Position numbers and translations under genes: made by a program. DNA of 64,000 nt from Chiloscyllium plagiosum (taxonomy: Eukaryota), in NCBI RefSeq assembly GCF_004010195.1, contig NC_057752.1, positions 3,040,222-3,104,221 of the forward strand. Direction: 5' to 3'. Under the pieces are notes generated by a model that worked only from the letters and a program-made list of their open reading frames with translations, searched no databases and was not told where the DNA came from. Below, piece after piece: positions 36,848-50,601 of this stretch. Numbering within the stretch: the stretch's first letter is position 1; each line of letters starts with the position of its first letter.

Positions 36848-37487
36848 CATAGAGTTATAGAGACGTACAGCATGAAAACAGACCCTTCGGTCCAACTCTT
36901 CCATGCTGACCAGATATCTGAAATTAATCTCATCTATTTGCCAGCATTTGGCCCATATCCCTCTAAACCCTTCCTAATGATATACCCATCCAGATGCCTT
37001 TTAAATGTTGTAATTGTACCAGACTCCACCACTTCCTCTGGCAGCTCATTCCATACACGCACCACCCTCTCTGTGAAAAAGTTGCCCCTTAGGTCCCTTT
37101 TATATCTTTCCCCTCTCACCTTAAACCTATGCCGTCTAGTTCTGGACTCCCCCAACCCAGGGAAAAGACCATGTCTATTTATCCTACCAATGCCCCTCAT
37201 GATTTTATAAACCTCTATAAGGTCACCCCTCAGCCTCCAACGCTCTAGGGAAAACAGCCCCAGCCTGTTCAGCCTCTCCCTGTAGCTCAAATCCTCCAAC
37301 CCTGGTAACATCCTTGTCAACCTTTTCTGAACCCTTTCAAGTTTCACAACATCCCTTCTGATAGGAGGGAGACCAGAACTGCACCCAGTATTCCAAAAGT
37401 GGCCTCACCGATGTCCAGTACGGCTGCAACATGACCTCCCAACTCCCATAGTCAATGCTCTGTCCAATAAAGGAAAGCATACCACAT
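36848..37487 (-). mobile_element. CR1 3' end
   Basis: 137-aa ORF LERVQKRLTRMLPG..FTERVVRVWNELP. Confidence 0.95.
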
Positions 37488-38689
37488 ACCATCGTTTGCA
37501 CATTTATTCTTCGGTACCTTGGCAGTGTCCTTACTCCAAGCTCTCATATCCTTCTCCAACACCTTGAAGTCCCTGGCAGCTATACCAGCTATTGGCGCTG
37601 CCATCTGAACAATTTTAAGGGAATATGGCAGGCATCAGTGAGGTGGCCAGCCTTGGTCCTACGGGCACGAGGAAGTGAACAGTTGCCTTCAGTTGCGCGC
37701 AATTGCAATCCTTCTTCAATCAAGTCGGTTGGCAGGAACGTGGGTAAGCGTTGGGTTTTCTTTGACGAAATGTCTGACGCAGTTGAAAAACACATGAGCG
37801 CTTTGGCTATGTGGCTGTGTCGAATTTTAAACGTGACTGGAGTAGACGCGCTCCACTGAATGACCGACTGAGGTTGGGGGTTGCAGGTTGTACCCCAGAA
37901 AGGAATCACCCTTTGATTTCGACACAATCCCAGCGGAATCGCTGTCGGAATTCTGCAGCTGTTTCCGGCAGCTGCCAAGCCGGCTCACAGCTGGGGAACC
38001 CCTTCAGTGAATGCTGAAATTGAGCTTGAACGGTGATTTGATGCTATTTGTGGTTCTTTCCACACTAAAGGGATGATGAATATGGAATTCAGGGTTATTA
38101 AACGAAACAAAGCACTGAACAGTTTTGCTGTGGTCCCTCACTTTCAAAGAAACAAGCTTAATTGAACTTTTGCACACCGGTGACTTCACTTGTTGCCTAC
38201 TCCGGCTCAACATATTCCCATCATATGACCTTCCTGCCCCCAGTGGCCCTAATCCCTGAACACCCCACACTTAAAAGTAATGTGCAGACAAAGTAAGGAA
38301 AAAAAAATTCCCCCAGCGAGTAGTTAGGGCACGGAAGGCACTGCCTGGAAATGTGAGGGAGACAGAAATGGCACGGAGTGTTGTCAGCAGACCAGCTGTA
38401 GGACATCTGCATCCAGCTTCTTTGTACGTTACCTTAGCAAAGGCAGAAAGGGAGTGGATTCACATCTCTGCTCTAACAGACATTGTCAAAATGCACAATG
38501 CGTTTGCTTGCTTGTATCACCAGCAATTGCTTAGAGAATAGCATGCCCCCTAAATTGATTCAGTGTGCCATCTCAAATCCCACTGTTTGTTGGCGTCAAT
38601 CTGTTGGATAGAGTCAGTGAAAGTGGTAGCAATGGAGGGACAAGTATCCCAGCATTCACAGCAAGAAGGAAAGGTCTCTATTATTGCTA

Positions 38690-39130
38690 GCTTGTTATTG
38701 TTCATTCACAGAATGGGCGTCACTAGGTTAAAGTCATTGGGCCTTAAAGATGTCATTTCGACAACTTCATTCTCAGAAGATTGACATTACTGGTCAGCTT
38801 AGTCATCCCTGGGAATTATGGGAAACCCACAGTGCTGTTCGGAAGGGAATTCCAGGATTTTGACTCAGCGACAGTGAAGATATTGTCTGCTGTTGGATTT
38901 ATCCTGTTTTTTGTGTACAGGACGTACCTGGGAAAATGTCCACATTGACAGGTAGATGCCATTGTTGGAATTGTACTGGAACAGTATGGCTAGGGGAGCA
39001 GCAAATTCTAGTATTGAACACCAACAGGCAGGATAATGTCAGGACAGATTACTTGAATGGCACAGGTATATGTTTCAGGTGAATGAGGTGGGGGTGGGGG
39101 TGTTGAAATGGTAAAGGATTGCTGATGACA
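38690..39130 (-). mobile_element. Old LINE family B fragments
   Basis: ggaattccaggattttgac; gtactggaacag..ggctaggggagc matches 34480-34520. Confidence 0.6.
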
Positions 39131-39534
39131 ATTTGTCTGGATTAAACTCCATCACGTGGGAGGTTCGTGTTCTGCAAGTCCACAACTGGCCCCACAGAAG
39201 GGCTGCAGCACCATCTCCTGGCTACAGGAGCAGTGCTCTGATAGGAAGAGAAATGAAAGCTGCACGGAAAGTGCCTGAGCCAAGACAGGCAGAGCTCACC
39301 TTCGGTCAGATGGTCAGAAAGGTCATTGACTCGATACATTCACTCTCGTGTTTTTCCCCCTCTGCCCAGATGCTGCCAGGCCTGCTGAGTGTTTCCAGCA
39401 GTCTCCTGTTTCATTTTTCACCCACAGTATTACAGAAGTATAGATTTGGCCTCAAACGCTTTCTGCGGCAGAGAATTCCACAGGCTTCCCACTCTCTGGT
39501 TTGCACCCTGTTGGTAAATAAACTGTTAAGAATT

Positions 39535-39946
39535 TCATAGAATCCTGACAGTGCTGATGTAGGCCGTTCGCCCCCTTGGAGTCTGCGCCAATCCTCCGAA
39601 GAGCGTCCCCATAACCCCACATGGCTAACCCACCTAGCCTACACACTATAGTCAATTTCCCTTTGCCAATCCACCCTAACCTACACATCCCTGGACATTA
39701 TGAGACAATTTAGCATAGCCAATCCACCCTAACCTACATATCCCTGGGCACTATGGGACAATTTAGCATGGCCAATCCACCCTAACCTGCACATCTTTGG
39801 ACTGTGGGAAGAAACCGGAGCACCCGGAGGAAACCCACACAGACACAGGGAGAACGTGCAAACTGCACACAGGCAGTCGCCTGAGGCTGGAATCAAACTT
39901 GGGGTCCCTGGCGCTGTGAGGCAGCAGTGTTTATTCTGTGCCACCC
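39535..39946 (-). mobile_element. HE1-type V-SINE with internal 53-bp tandem amplification
   Basis: gccaatccaccctaacct at 39665, 39718 and 39771. Confidence 0.88.
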
Positions 39947-40289
39947 TCAAAATTTAAATTATCTTTCAGGCACATAAGCCTCCCTCCAGGTGATGACAGC
40001 TCTTAACATTAAAGAGAAATCTTCTCTTATCTCTTGAACAATGATTTTTAAACCTGTGTTGTCTGCTTACTTACCCTGCATCAAGATCCCTCATGATAGA
40101 TACATGTTTTAAGGGAATGTGACAGCACTTTCAAAGCTATCTTTGGGAAGCAAGTATCAGTGTCTGACCTCCCAGTGTCCTTTATAGCATAGGTGCTGGC
40201 CTGTCAACAAGGGAGAAATTCAGGAGGGAGAGCGTACTGAAAGATGTCGAGGCTGACGATTGATTTGGCTAGACTGACTCCAAAAGAAT

Positions 40290-40612
40290 GGGGTGGCACG
40301 GTGACTCAGTGGCTACCACTGCTACCTCACAGCACCAGGGATCCAGATTTGATTCCAGCCTCAGGCAACTCCCTGTGTGGAGCTTACACATTCTCTCTGT
40401 GTCTGTGTGAGTTTCCTCCCACAGTCCAAAAATGTGCAGGTTAGGGTGGATTGGCCATGGGAAATTGCCCATAGTGTTCAGGGATGTGTCGGTTAGGTGT
40501 ATTAGTCAGGGGTAAATGTGGGGTAGGGGAATGGGTCTGGGTGGGTTACTCTTCGGAGGGTCGGTGTAGACTTGTTGGGCCGAAGGGCCTGTTTCCACAC
40601 TGTAGGGATTCC
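40290..40612 (+). mobile_element. HE1-type V-SINE
   Basis: Full length. Confidence 0.9.
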
Positions 40613-40625
40613 GTAGATTTACATC

Positions 40626-41278
40626 GGTTCTGGACCAGGCCGGACCCCCCTCAAAGTATTTCAAGAAAGTAGCCCAGACCCTAACTTTGCTCATTGCTTT
40701 AAGCAGGTGTAGAGTGGACATTCCAGGAGGGATGCAGCTGGTCAGACCATTCAGTTTTAAACAAAACAGAATTGACTGACAAGATTCCCGAATGAAAATG
40801 CAAACAGAAAACAGAATAACCTAACCTCTCCAAAAGCCCAACAGATTATCCTAACTTAATGATGCTGTTCCAAACACTTGCAACAATCCCCATAAACACC
40901 CCTTGGCACGAAAGGTATCAAAGGCAGGGTCTTACAGGACAGAGAGAGAGATTGCAGTGTGGAACACCCTCTTCCATGGAGCTATGTCTTGGATCATCAG
41001 CCTCAAACACTGACCGCTTTCAGTGAATAGCCAGTCTGCCAAAACCAATTCAATCTAGAGGAAAGCTGAGCTGGGAGAACTGACCAGTCCCCTTTCATTG
41101 CACAGGCATATTTTTTAAACTTGAAAGCCTTTTAGCTGAGGCAATATCTGTTAGCTATAATCAAATTGGCCCTAAAACCCTTCCAAATCCAGACTTTTTG
41201 GAATCGCTGCGTTTACAACCTCTCTGGGAAAAGACGCCAAGGACAGAATAATCTTGTTAAAGGAGCATCATCACCACA
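40626..41278 (-). mobile_element. Solo LTR related to 28840-29461
   Basis: Ends ggttctggaccaggccggaccccctcaaa and gcatcatcaccaca; flanks catc/tatc. Confidence 0.6.
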
Positions 41279-41339
41279 TATCGGACTGGAGCTATACTGC
41301 ACGGAGGCCACACAGTGCCATGTAACAGAGCTGTGAGGA

Positions 41340-42870
41340 ACGTTATTGCTCATGGCAGAAAAGGGACAGTAGCAATGTGGTGACAAAATGGGCTGAGGGA
41401 TAGGAAATGTTTCGGGCTGGAGAAGGGTTTGTGGTGGAGTGCCCCAGGGGCCAATATGGAAAACCCCTGCTTTTCCTGATGTATAATAACGATCCAGATC
41501 TCAGTGAGCAGGGGACAATTTCAAAATTCACAGAAGACACAAAACTTGTATGAATTGTAAGCTGTGAGGGGGATAGTGTAGAACTCCAACAGGACACTGT
41601 TGCCAGGGTTGGAGGATTTGAGCTACAGGGAGAGGCTGAACAGGCTGGGACTGTTTTCCCTGGAGCATCGGAGGCTGAGGGATGACCTTATAGAGGTTTA
41701 CAAACTCATGAGGGGCATGGCTAGGATAAATAGGCAAAGTCTTTTCCTTGGGGTGGGGGAGTCCAGAACTAGAGGGTTTAAGCTGAGAAGGGAAAGATTT
41801 AAAAGGGACCTAAGGGGCAATGTTTTCACACAGAGGGTGGTACGTGTATGGAATCAGCTACCAGAGGGAGTGGTGGAGGCTGGTACAATTACAGCATTCA
41901 AAAGGCATCTGGATGGGTATATGAATAGGAAGGGTTTAGAGGCATTTGGGCCAAACAGGACTAGATTAACTTTGGATATCTGGTCGGCATGGACAAGTTG
42001 GACTGAAGGGTCTCTTTCCATGATGTACATCTCTATGACAAGTTGGTGGAGTGGGTGGAGAGGTGACAGATGAGGTTTAATGCAGTGAAGTGTGAGGTGA
42101 TGCACTTTAGTTGGAAGAACATTGAAAGACAATTTAAAATCAGGGGGACAATTCTAAAGGGGATACAGGAGCAGAGGGAGCTGGATGTATCTGTGCACAG
42201 ATCATCGAAGGTGGCAGGACAGGTGGAGAGAGCAGTTAATAAAGCACACAGTGTCCTCAGCTTTATTAATAGGGACATAGAGAACAAGAGCAGGGAGGTG
42301 ATGTTGAACTTGTACAAGACCCTTGTTAAACCTCAGCTGGAGGGTTGTGTCCAGTTGTGGGCCCCACACTATAGGAAAGATGTGAACACATTGGAGAGAG
42401 AGGGCAGAAGGGATTTATCAGAATGGTTCCAGGGATGAGAAACTTCAGTGAGGAGGAGAGATTGAAGATATTGGGACTGTTCTCCTTGGAGAGAAGGAGG
42501 CTGAGAGGGAGATCTGAGAGAGGGTATCAACATCATGGGGAGAGGGGGCTGGACAGAGTAGATCGGGACAAGCTGTTCCCACATGGAAAAGGATCAGGAA
42601 CGAGAGGGGCAGAGATTGAAAGGGATAAAGTGAGGGGGAGGTGAGGAAAACCTTTCTCCCCCAGCGAGTAGTTAGGGTCTGGAATGTACTGCCTGGGAAT
42701 GTGGGGGAGGCAGGTTCCATTGAGGCATTCAAGAGGGGCATTGGATGGTTATTGGGATAGAAATGGGGTACAGGGATATGGGGGAAATGGCAGGAGATTG
42801 GCACGAGGGAATGATGCCTGTTTTGAGAGGATAGGATGGACTGAATGGCCTTATTTTGCACCATAACTAT
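41340..42870 (+). mobile_element. Older CR1 with a younger CR1 (41599-42038) nested inside
   Basis: KFTEDTKL..[LPGLEDLSYRERL..tail ctctatga]..FNAVKCEVMHF..VQLWAPHY. Confidence 0.9.
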
Positions 42871-43392
42871 TCGGTGAGTCTCAGGTACCAGGGCCAAGTG
42901 ATCAGCAATGCCTCGAGTTGATCCCAGTCTATCTGAGATGTGACGCTGGATTTCTGCTGCACACTTTAACATGATGCCTTTCCAGTCCCAACAAACCGCA
43001 TCACATCGATGAGAATGAACCTATACAAGTGATGAAAAATTCCCGAGCGGACAAGTTGCCTGTTTCTCCCTCTCTCCAGTTGCTGCGAGACCGACTGAGC
43101 TTCTCTGGCAAATCGCCATTTTGTTTATTCCAGACCTCCAGCGTCTGGAGCAGACCACCTTTCTCAAACAAATGCAGGACAAGGCTGATTTATTTGCTCA
43201 GCAAACATTTCGAAAATGTGTCAAAAGCCAACCAATTCAAGAACGCCCCCAGTTTAGTCACTGGGGCTAAAATACACAAAGTGGCAGTTCTGGCCCAGGG
43301 CTGTGGATGCAGGGAATGTTTGACAACATTGCCACCTGCTGGTAAGGAAGGGCATTTATTGAGCCTTCAACGTACTGGTAACTCCTGGTGCA

Positions 43393-43560
43393 GATAGAGT
43401 CATAGATGTACAACACAGAAACAGACTCTTCGGTCCAACTCGTCCATGCCGACCAGATATCCCAACCCAATCTAGTCCCACCTGCCAGCACCCGGCCCAT
43501 ATCCCTCTAAACCCTTCCTATTCATATACCCATCCAAATGCCTTTTCAATGTTGCAATCG
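43393..43560 (-). mobile_element. CR1 3' UTR
   Basis: atagagtcatagatgtac tail. Confidence 0.9.
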
Positions 43561-43808
43561 TGCTAGATCTATGCTAGAAAAGTTACAGCAGTATGCTTTC
43601 ACTCTCTACTAGAAGAGTTTTATGATTTGCTAGCTACTGAAACAAAGTGGGCTCAATTTTCTTTTTAAATCCACCAACAGTCGTTCATCAAACTGTGAAC
43701 GTCAGTCCCAGTGGAACTCCCTCAACGTCACCACTGCTGCCTCAGCCAGGCTTATTGACGACTGCATCGCGCGGTAATTCTTCCTAAAAGCATACAGGCT
43801 TTACTGAA

Positions 43809-44128
43809 GGGGTGGCACGGTGGCTCAGTGGTTAGCACTGCTGCCTCACAGCACCATGGACCCAGGTTCGATTCTGTCTGTGTGGAGTTTGTGCATCCTC
43901 CCTGTGTCTGTGTGGGTTTCCTCCCACAGTCCAAAGATGTGCAGGTCGGGGTGGCTTGGCTATTGGAAATTGCCCATAGTGTTCAGGGATATGTAGGTTA
44001 GGTGCATTAGTCAGGGCTAAATGCAGGATAATAGGGTAGGGGAATGGGTCTGGGTGGGTTTCTTTTCGGAGGGTCGGTGTGGACTTGTTGGGCCGAAGGG
44101 CCTGTTTCCACAATGTAGGGATTCTATG
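43809..44128 (+). mobile_element. HE1-type V-SINE
   Basis: Head, V-domain, tail. Confidence 0.9.
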
Positions 44129-44270
44129 AGAAACGCTGAACATTCTCAGCTTGAGTCTGTTTTGCTCATTTTTCAAGCAAGCTGGTTTGGTCATAAGACA
44201 GCCACCTTCCCGTCCCCTGGGTTCCTGTTAAGTATCTTCACCTTTTCTGCTTGGCCTTTAGAGAAACCTG

Positions 44271-44398
44271 CAGAAAGTGAGGAGTGCAGGCACTGGAGAG
44301 TCAGAGTCGACAGGTGTGGTGCTGGAAAAGCACAGCAGGTCAGGCAGCATCCGAGGAGCAGGAGAATCGACAGCCCGGGCACAAGCCCCTTCACCGGG
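44271..44398 (-). mobile_element. Penelope family B single arm
   Basis: gaaagtgaggagtgcagg..ggaaaagcacagcaggtcaggcagcatccgagg. Confidence 0.75.
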
Positions 44399-45199
44399 AC
44401 ACCTGTCCGGTTTGCCGCACTCGCTGTCCATGCGGCAATCGGAGAACCACGATCCCAGTCATCTCTCCCAGAGCTACTTTTTCTCCAGTCTCCTCTTCCC
44501 CACCCAACCCCCCCCACAACCACCCACTAATCCGCCTCTCCCATTTCCCCTCTCCCTGCTCCCTCTCCTCCAGGTGACTGCAAACTTCAGGAAAGGGATG
44601 AAGGGGCAACTCAAACTGCTTTTGAGAAACAAGACCACGGTATCCCCTGGGTTTCAGTTAGATTAGCATCATGTTGAAGCATATCCGTTCATCGAGGGTG
44701 GTCAGCATGTGGATACAAGGGGCTGAACAGAAACCTTCTGCGCAGTAGATAGTTTGTCTCGAATGCTTTCACCTCTGTGCAGAGATGCAAACTCGGACCG
44801 TTTGCTTTCGGAGGGAAGGTGCTAAGGGAGTCAGGATAAGAATGAACAATTTCTGTTCCTCTTGGTGAAGGTAAGCATTTGGAAGAGGAGCAATCTCCAG
44901 GTGGACACAGGCTGCTGCTCCACGCAGCTCTTCTACACATCGAATTGGTCAGTTCTGCCTTGCCTTATGAATTCATTCAGAAGCAATTCTCTCTCTCTCC
45001 CCCGACCAGGAAAGAGCATCCCCTCACTGCATTGGGACATTGGCAAATCACATCCACAGAGTCTTTGAACGCAGAAAGTGAAAAGAATCTCAATCAGGCC
45101 TTTCGAGAGCATCTTCAAACTGTTTCTCACCAAACAGGACTGTTTTACTCAAAGGATGGACGTGAAGAATTCAAACCCGTGAGATTCTGACATCCACTA

Positions 45200-47005
45200 T
45201 CCAGATCCTGGGAGTTACCACTGACTAGAAACTCAACTAGACCTGGCATATAAACACACAGTGGCTATGAGGGCAGGTCAGGGGCTAGGAATAGAGCAAC
45301 TTTATAAAACTTTACTTAGGCCACACTTGGAATATCGTGTACAGTTCTGGTCACCGCACTACCAGGAGGATGTGGATGCTTTGGGAGAGGGGACAGAAAA
45401 GGTTTACCAGGATGTTGCCTGGTTATGGGGGGGGATTTTAGCGATGAAGAAAGGTTGGATAGACTGGGTTTGTTTTCACTGGAACGCAGGAGGTTGAGGG
45501 GCGACCTGATAGAAGATTGTGAAAGGCTTGGGAAGTATGAGGCTTTGTCCCCAGGGTGGAGGGGTCCATTACGAGGGGACACAGGTTCAAGGTGCGGTGG
45601 GGGAGTTTAAAAGAGATGTGTGAGGCAGGTTTTTCACACAAAGGGTGGTGTGTGCCTGGAACGCGCTGCCAGAGGAGGGGGTGGAAGCAGACACAATAGC
45701 AGCATTCACCCGAGCGAATACATGAATAGGAAGGAATCAGAGGGATACGGATCCTGTAAGTGAAGACAGTTTTAGTATGGAAGGGCAAAATGTGTCGGGA
45801 CAGGCTTGGAGGGCCGAAGGGCCTGTTCCTGGGCTGGATTGCTCTTTGAATACAGTACTACAGCTAGTATCTCACCTCCTAACTCCCCAAAGCCTGTCCA
45901 CCATCTACAAGGCCCAAGTCAGGAGTGTGATGGAATACTCCCCACTTGCCTGGATGGGGGCAGCTCCAACAACACTTGAAATGTTGGGGGAGGCTGTGCC
46001 ACAGTGGTAACAGCACCGTACTAGTAAGCCTGAGCCCCAAGATAACCTTCTGGGAACACAAGTTCAAATCCCACTATGGCCAATCAAAAAGGAAAATCTG
46101 GATTTTCGAAAAAATACATGGATGACCATGTAACCACTGACTGCTGTATAAAACCAGTCTGGTTTTGGAAGGAAATCTGCCATCCTCACCTGGTCTGGCC
46201 TACATGTGACTCCACATCCACAGCAATGTGGTTGGCTTTTAACTGCCCTTTGAAATGGACCAACACACCATTCAGTCAGTTCAAGGGCAATTAGGGATGG
46301 GCCAGCGACACCTACATCCTATGAACAGCAGGAATACAGCTCAACACCATCCAGACAAAGCAACCCACTTAATCAGCATGCCGTCCCTCATCTTCAATAC
46401 TCATTCCCTTCACCACCGATACTCAGTGTGTACCATCACCGAGGTGCCCTGCAGGAATTCACCAAAGATCCTCAGACAGCACATTCCAAACCCACGACCA
46501 CTTCCATCTAGAAGGACAAGGGCAGCAGATACATGGGAACACCACCACCTTCAGGTTCCACTCTGAGCCACATATCGTCCTGACTTGGAAATATTACTGT
46601 TCCTTCACTGGGTCAAAATCCCGGAATTCCCTCCCCAAGGGCATTGTGGCTGAAGCCCTCAGCACATGGACTGCAGCAGTTTAAGGCGGCAGCTCACCCC
46701 CACTTTCTCAATGAGGGGTGAGCTGTGGATGTCACACTGGTATTCCTCACATTCTGTGAAAAATTGCTTTTTTTGAAAAAAAACTCGTTGTCCCAAAAGT
46801 CTGAGGTCAAAGGTTGTTGTAGCCTGTTGCACACTGGATTTTCTTTACCTCTGAATTAAATCCCTTGGCCATTTTGCCTCATCAGATCTCAGTGTTAAAA
46901 CCCTCCCTCCTGTTAATTTACACTCACCACCTTCTCAAGGCCAAATAGGAAAGGACAACAGATACAGGCCCAGCCAGTGACGCCCTCATCCTGGAAATGA
47001 ACAAA
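45200..47005 (+). mobile_element. LINE family B 3' part with nested CR1 (45295-45848) and tRNA-head SINE (45986-46335)
   Basis: YKAQVRSVMEYSPLAW; RRTRAADTWEH; tail near 46920-47005; CR1 LEYRVQFWSPHY; SINE B box gttcaaatcc. Confidence 0.8.
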
Positions 47006-47053
47006 AGCAAACACAAGAAAAGCGATAAGTGCGTTGTAAAGGCACGAGTTGGA

Positions 47054-50000
47054 AGCTAGAGATGATCTACAAACCAGATCGACAGCTAGCAGTGATCTGC
47101 CAACCTAATCGACAGCTAGCAGTGATCGATAAACCTAATCGACAGCTAGCAGTGATCTACAAACCTGATCGACAGCTAGAAACCTGATCGGCAGCTAGCA
47201 GTGATCTATAAACCTGATCGGCAGCTAGCAGTGATCTATAAACCTGATCGGCAGCTAGCAGTGATCTATAAACCTGACCGACAGCTAGCAGTGATCTACC
47301 AACCTGACCGACAGCTAGCAGTGATCTACCAACCTGATCGACAGCTAGCAGTGATCTATAAACCTGATCGACAGCTAGGAGTGATCTACCAACCTGATCT
47401 ACAGCTAGCAGTGATCTATAAACCTGATCGGCAGCTAGCAGTGATCTATAAACCTGACCGGCAGCTAGCAGTGATCTACCAACCTGATCGACAGCTAGCA
47501 GTGACCTACAAACCTGATCGACAGCTAGCAGTGATCTATAAACCTGGTCGACAGCTAGCAGTGATCTACCAACCTGATCGACAGCTAGCAGTGATCTACC
47601 AACCTGGTTGACAGGTAGCAGTGATCTATAAACCTGATCTACAGGTAACAGTGATCTACCAACCTGATCGACAGCTAGCAGTGATCTACAAACCGGATCG
47701 ACAGCTAGCAGTGATCTACCAACCTGATCGACAGCTAGCAGTGATCTACCAATATGGTTGACAGCTAGCAGTGATCAACCAACCTGATCGACAGCTAGCA
47801 GTGATCTATAAACCTGATAGACAGCTAGCAGTGATCTACCAACCTGATCGACAGCTAGCAGTGATCTACAAACCTGACCTATGGGTAGCAGTGATCTACC
47901 AACCTGATTGACAGGTAGCAGTGATCTACCAACCTGATCGACAGCTAGCATTGATCTATAAACCTGATCGACAGCTAGCAGTGAACTACCAACCTGATCG
48001 ACAGCTAGCAGTGATCTATAAACCTGATCGACAGGTAACAGTGATCTACCAACCTGGTTGACAGGTAGCAGTGATCAACCAACCTGATCGACAGCTAGCA
48101 GTGATCTATAAACCTGATCGACAGCTAGCAGTGATCTACCAACCGGAGCGACAGCTAGCAGTGATCTATAAACCTGATCGACAGGTAACAGTGATCTACC
48201 AACCTGGTTGACAGGTAGCAGTGATCAACCAACCTGATCGACAGCTAGCAGTGATCTATAAACCTGATCGACAGCTAGCAGTGATCTACCAACCTGATTG
48301 ACAGCTAGCAGTGATCTACAAACCTGACCTACGGGTAGCAGTGATCTACCAACCTGATTGACAGGTAGCAGTGATCTACCAACCTGATCGACAGCTAGCA
48401 GTGATCTACCAACCTGATCGACAGGTAACAGTGATCTACCAACCTGATCTACAGCTAGCAATGATCTACCAACCTGATCGACAGGTAAAAGTGATCTACA
48501 AAACTGATCAACAGCTAGCAGTGATCTATAAACCTGATCGACAGCTAGCAGTGATCTACCAACCTGGTTGACAGCTAGCAGTGATCAACCAACCTGATCG
48601 ACAGCTAGCAGTGATCTTTAAACCTGATCGACAGCTAGCAGTGATCTACCAACCTGATCGACAGCTAGCAGTGATCTACAAAGCTGACCTACGGGTAGCA
48701 GTGATCTACCAACCTGATTGACAGGTAGCAGTGATCTACCAACCTGATCGACAGCTAGCAGTGATCTATAATCCTGATCGACAGCTAGCAGTGATCTATA
48801 AACCTGATCGACAGCTAGCAGTGATCTACCAACCTGATCGACAGGTAACAGTGATCTACCAACCTGATCGACAGCTAGCAGTGATCTATAAACCTGATCG
48901 ACAGGTAACAGTGATCTACCAACCTGATCGACAGGTAACAGTGATCTACAAACCTGATCGACAGGTAGCAGTGATCTATAAACCTGATCGACAGCTAGCA
49001 GTGATCTATCAACCTGATCGACAGCTAGCAGTGATCTACCAACCTGATCGACAGGTAACAGCGATCTGCCAACCTGATTTACAGCTAGCAGTGATCTACC
49101 AACCTGATCTACAGCTAGCAGTGATCTACCAACCTGATCGACAGGTAACAGTGATCTACCAACCTGATCTACAGCTAGCAGTGATCTACCAACCTGATCG
49201 ACAGGTAAAAGTGATCTACAAACCTGATCAACAGCTAGCAGGGATCTACCAACCTGATCGACAGGTAAAAGTGATCTACAAACCTGATCAACAGCTGGCA
49301 GTGATCTACAAACCTGATCGACAGGTAACAGTGATCTACAAACCTGATCGACAGCTAGCAGGGATCTACCAACCTGATCGACAGCTGGCAGTGATCTACA
49401 AACCTGATCGACAGCTAGCAGGGATCTACCAACCTGATCTACAGCTAGCAGTGATCTACCAACCTGATCGACAGCTAGCAGTGATCTACAAACCTGATCG
49501 ACAGCTAGCAGGGATCTACCAACCTGATCGACTGGTAACAGTGATCTACCAACCTGATCTACAGCTACAAGTGATCTATAAACCTGATCTGCAGGTAGTA
49601 GTGATCTACCAACCTGATCTACAGGTAGCAGTGATCTACCAACCTGATCGACAGCTAGCAGTGATCTACAAACCTGATCGACAGCTAGCAGGGATCTACC
49701 AACCTGATCGACTGGTAACAGTGATCTACCAACCTGATCTACAGCTACAAGTGATCTATAAACCTGATCTGCAGGTAGTAGTGATCTACCAACCTGATCT
49801 ACAGGTAGCAGTGATCTACCAACCTGATCGACAGCTAGCAGTGATCTACAAACCTGATCTACAGCTACAAGTGATCTATAAACCTGATCTACAGCTAGCA
49901 GTGATCAATAAACCTGATCGACAGGTAACCGTGATCTACCAACCTGATTGACAGGTAACAGTGATCTACCAACCTGATCGACAGCTAGCAGTGATCTATA

Positions 50001-50601
50001 AACCTGATCGACAGGTAACAGCGATCTACCAACCTGATCGACAGGTAACAGTGATCTACCAACCTGATCTACAGCTACAAGTGATCTACCAACCTGATCT
50101 ACAGGTAGTAGTGATCTACAAACCTGATCTACAGGTAGCAGTGATCTACCAACCTGATCGACAGCTAGCAGTGATCTACAAACCTGATCTACAGCTAGCA
50201 GGGATCTACCAACCTGATCGACAGGTAGTAGTGATCTACCAACCTGATCTACAGGTAGCAGTGATCTACCAACCGGATCGACTGCTAGCAGTGATCTACA
50301 AACCTGACCTACGGGTAGCAGTGATCTATAAACCTGATCTACAGGTAGTAGTGATCTACCAACCTGATCTACAGGTAGTAGTGATCTACCAACCTGATCG
50401 ACAGCTAGCAGGGATCTACCAACCTGATCGACAGCTAGCAGTGATCTACAAGCCTGATCTACAGCTAGCAGTGATCTACCAACCTGATCGACAGCTAGCA
50501 GGGATCTACCAACCTGATTGGCAGCTAGCAGTGATCTATAAACCTGATCTACAGGTAGCAGTGATCTACCAACCTGATTGACAGCTAGCAGTGATCTACA
50601 A
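47054..50601. repeat. 30-bp minisatellite, ~118 units
   Basis: Consensus gtgatctaccaacctgatcgacagctagca, perfectly phased apart from small indels near the start. Confidence 0.98.

Noticed and set aside
44783..44870. Candidate exon (tgcag ... gaag/gtaagc)
   Set aside because: Stops in all three frames; only a non-coding exon is possible and there is no support for one
47054..50601. CRISPR array or repeat-protein gene
   Set aside because: Head-to-tail units with no unique spacers, eukaryotic context; frames broken by stops
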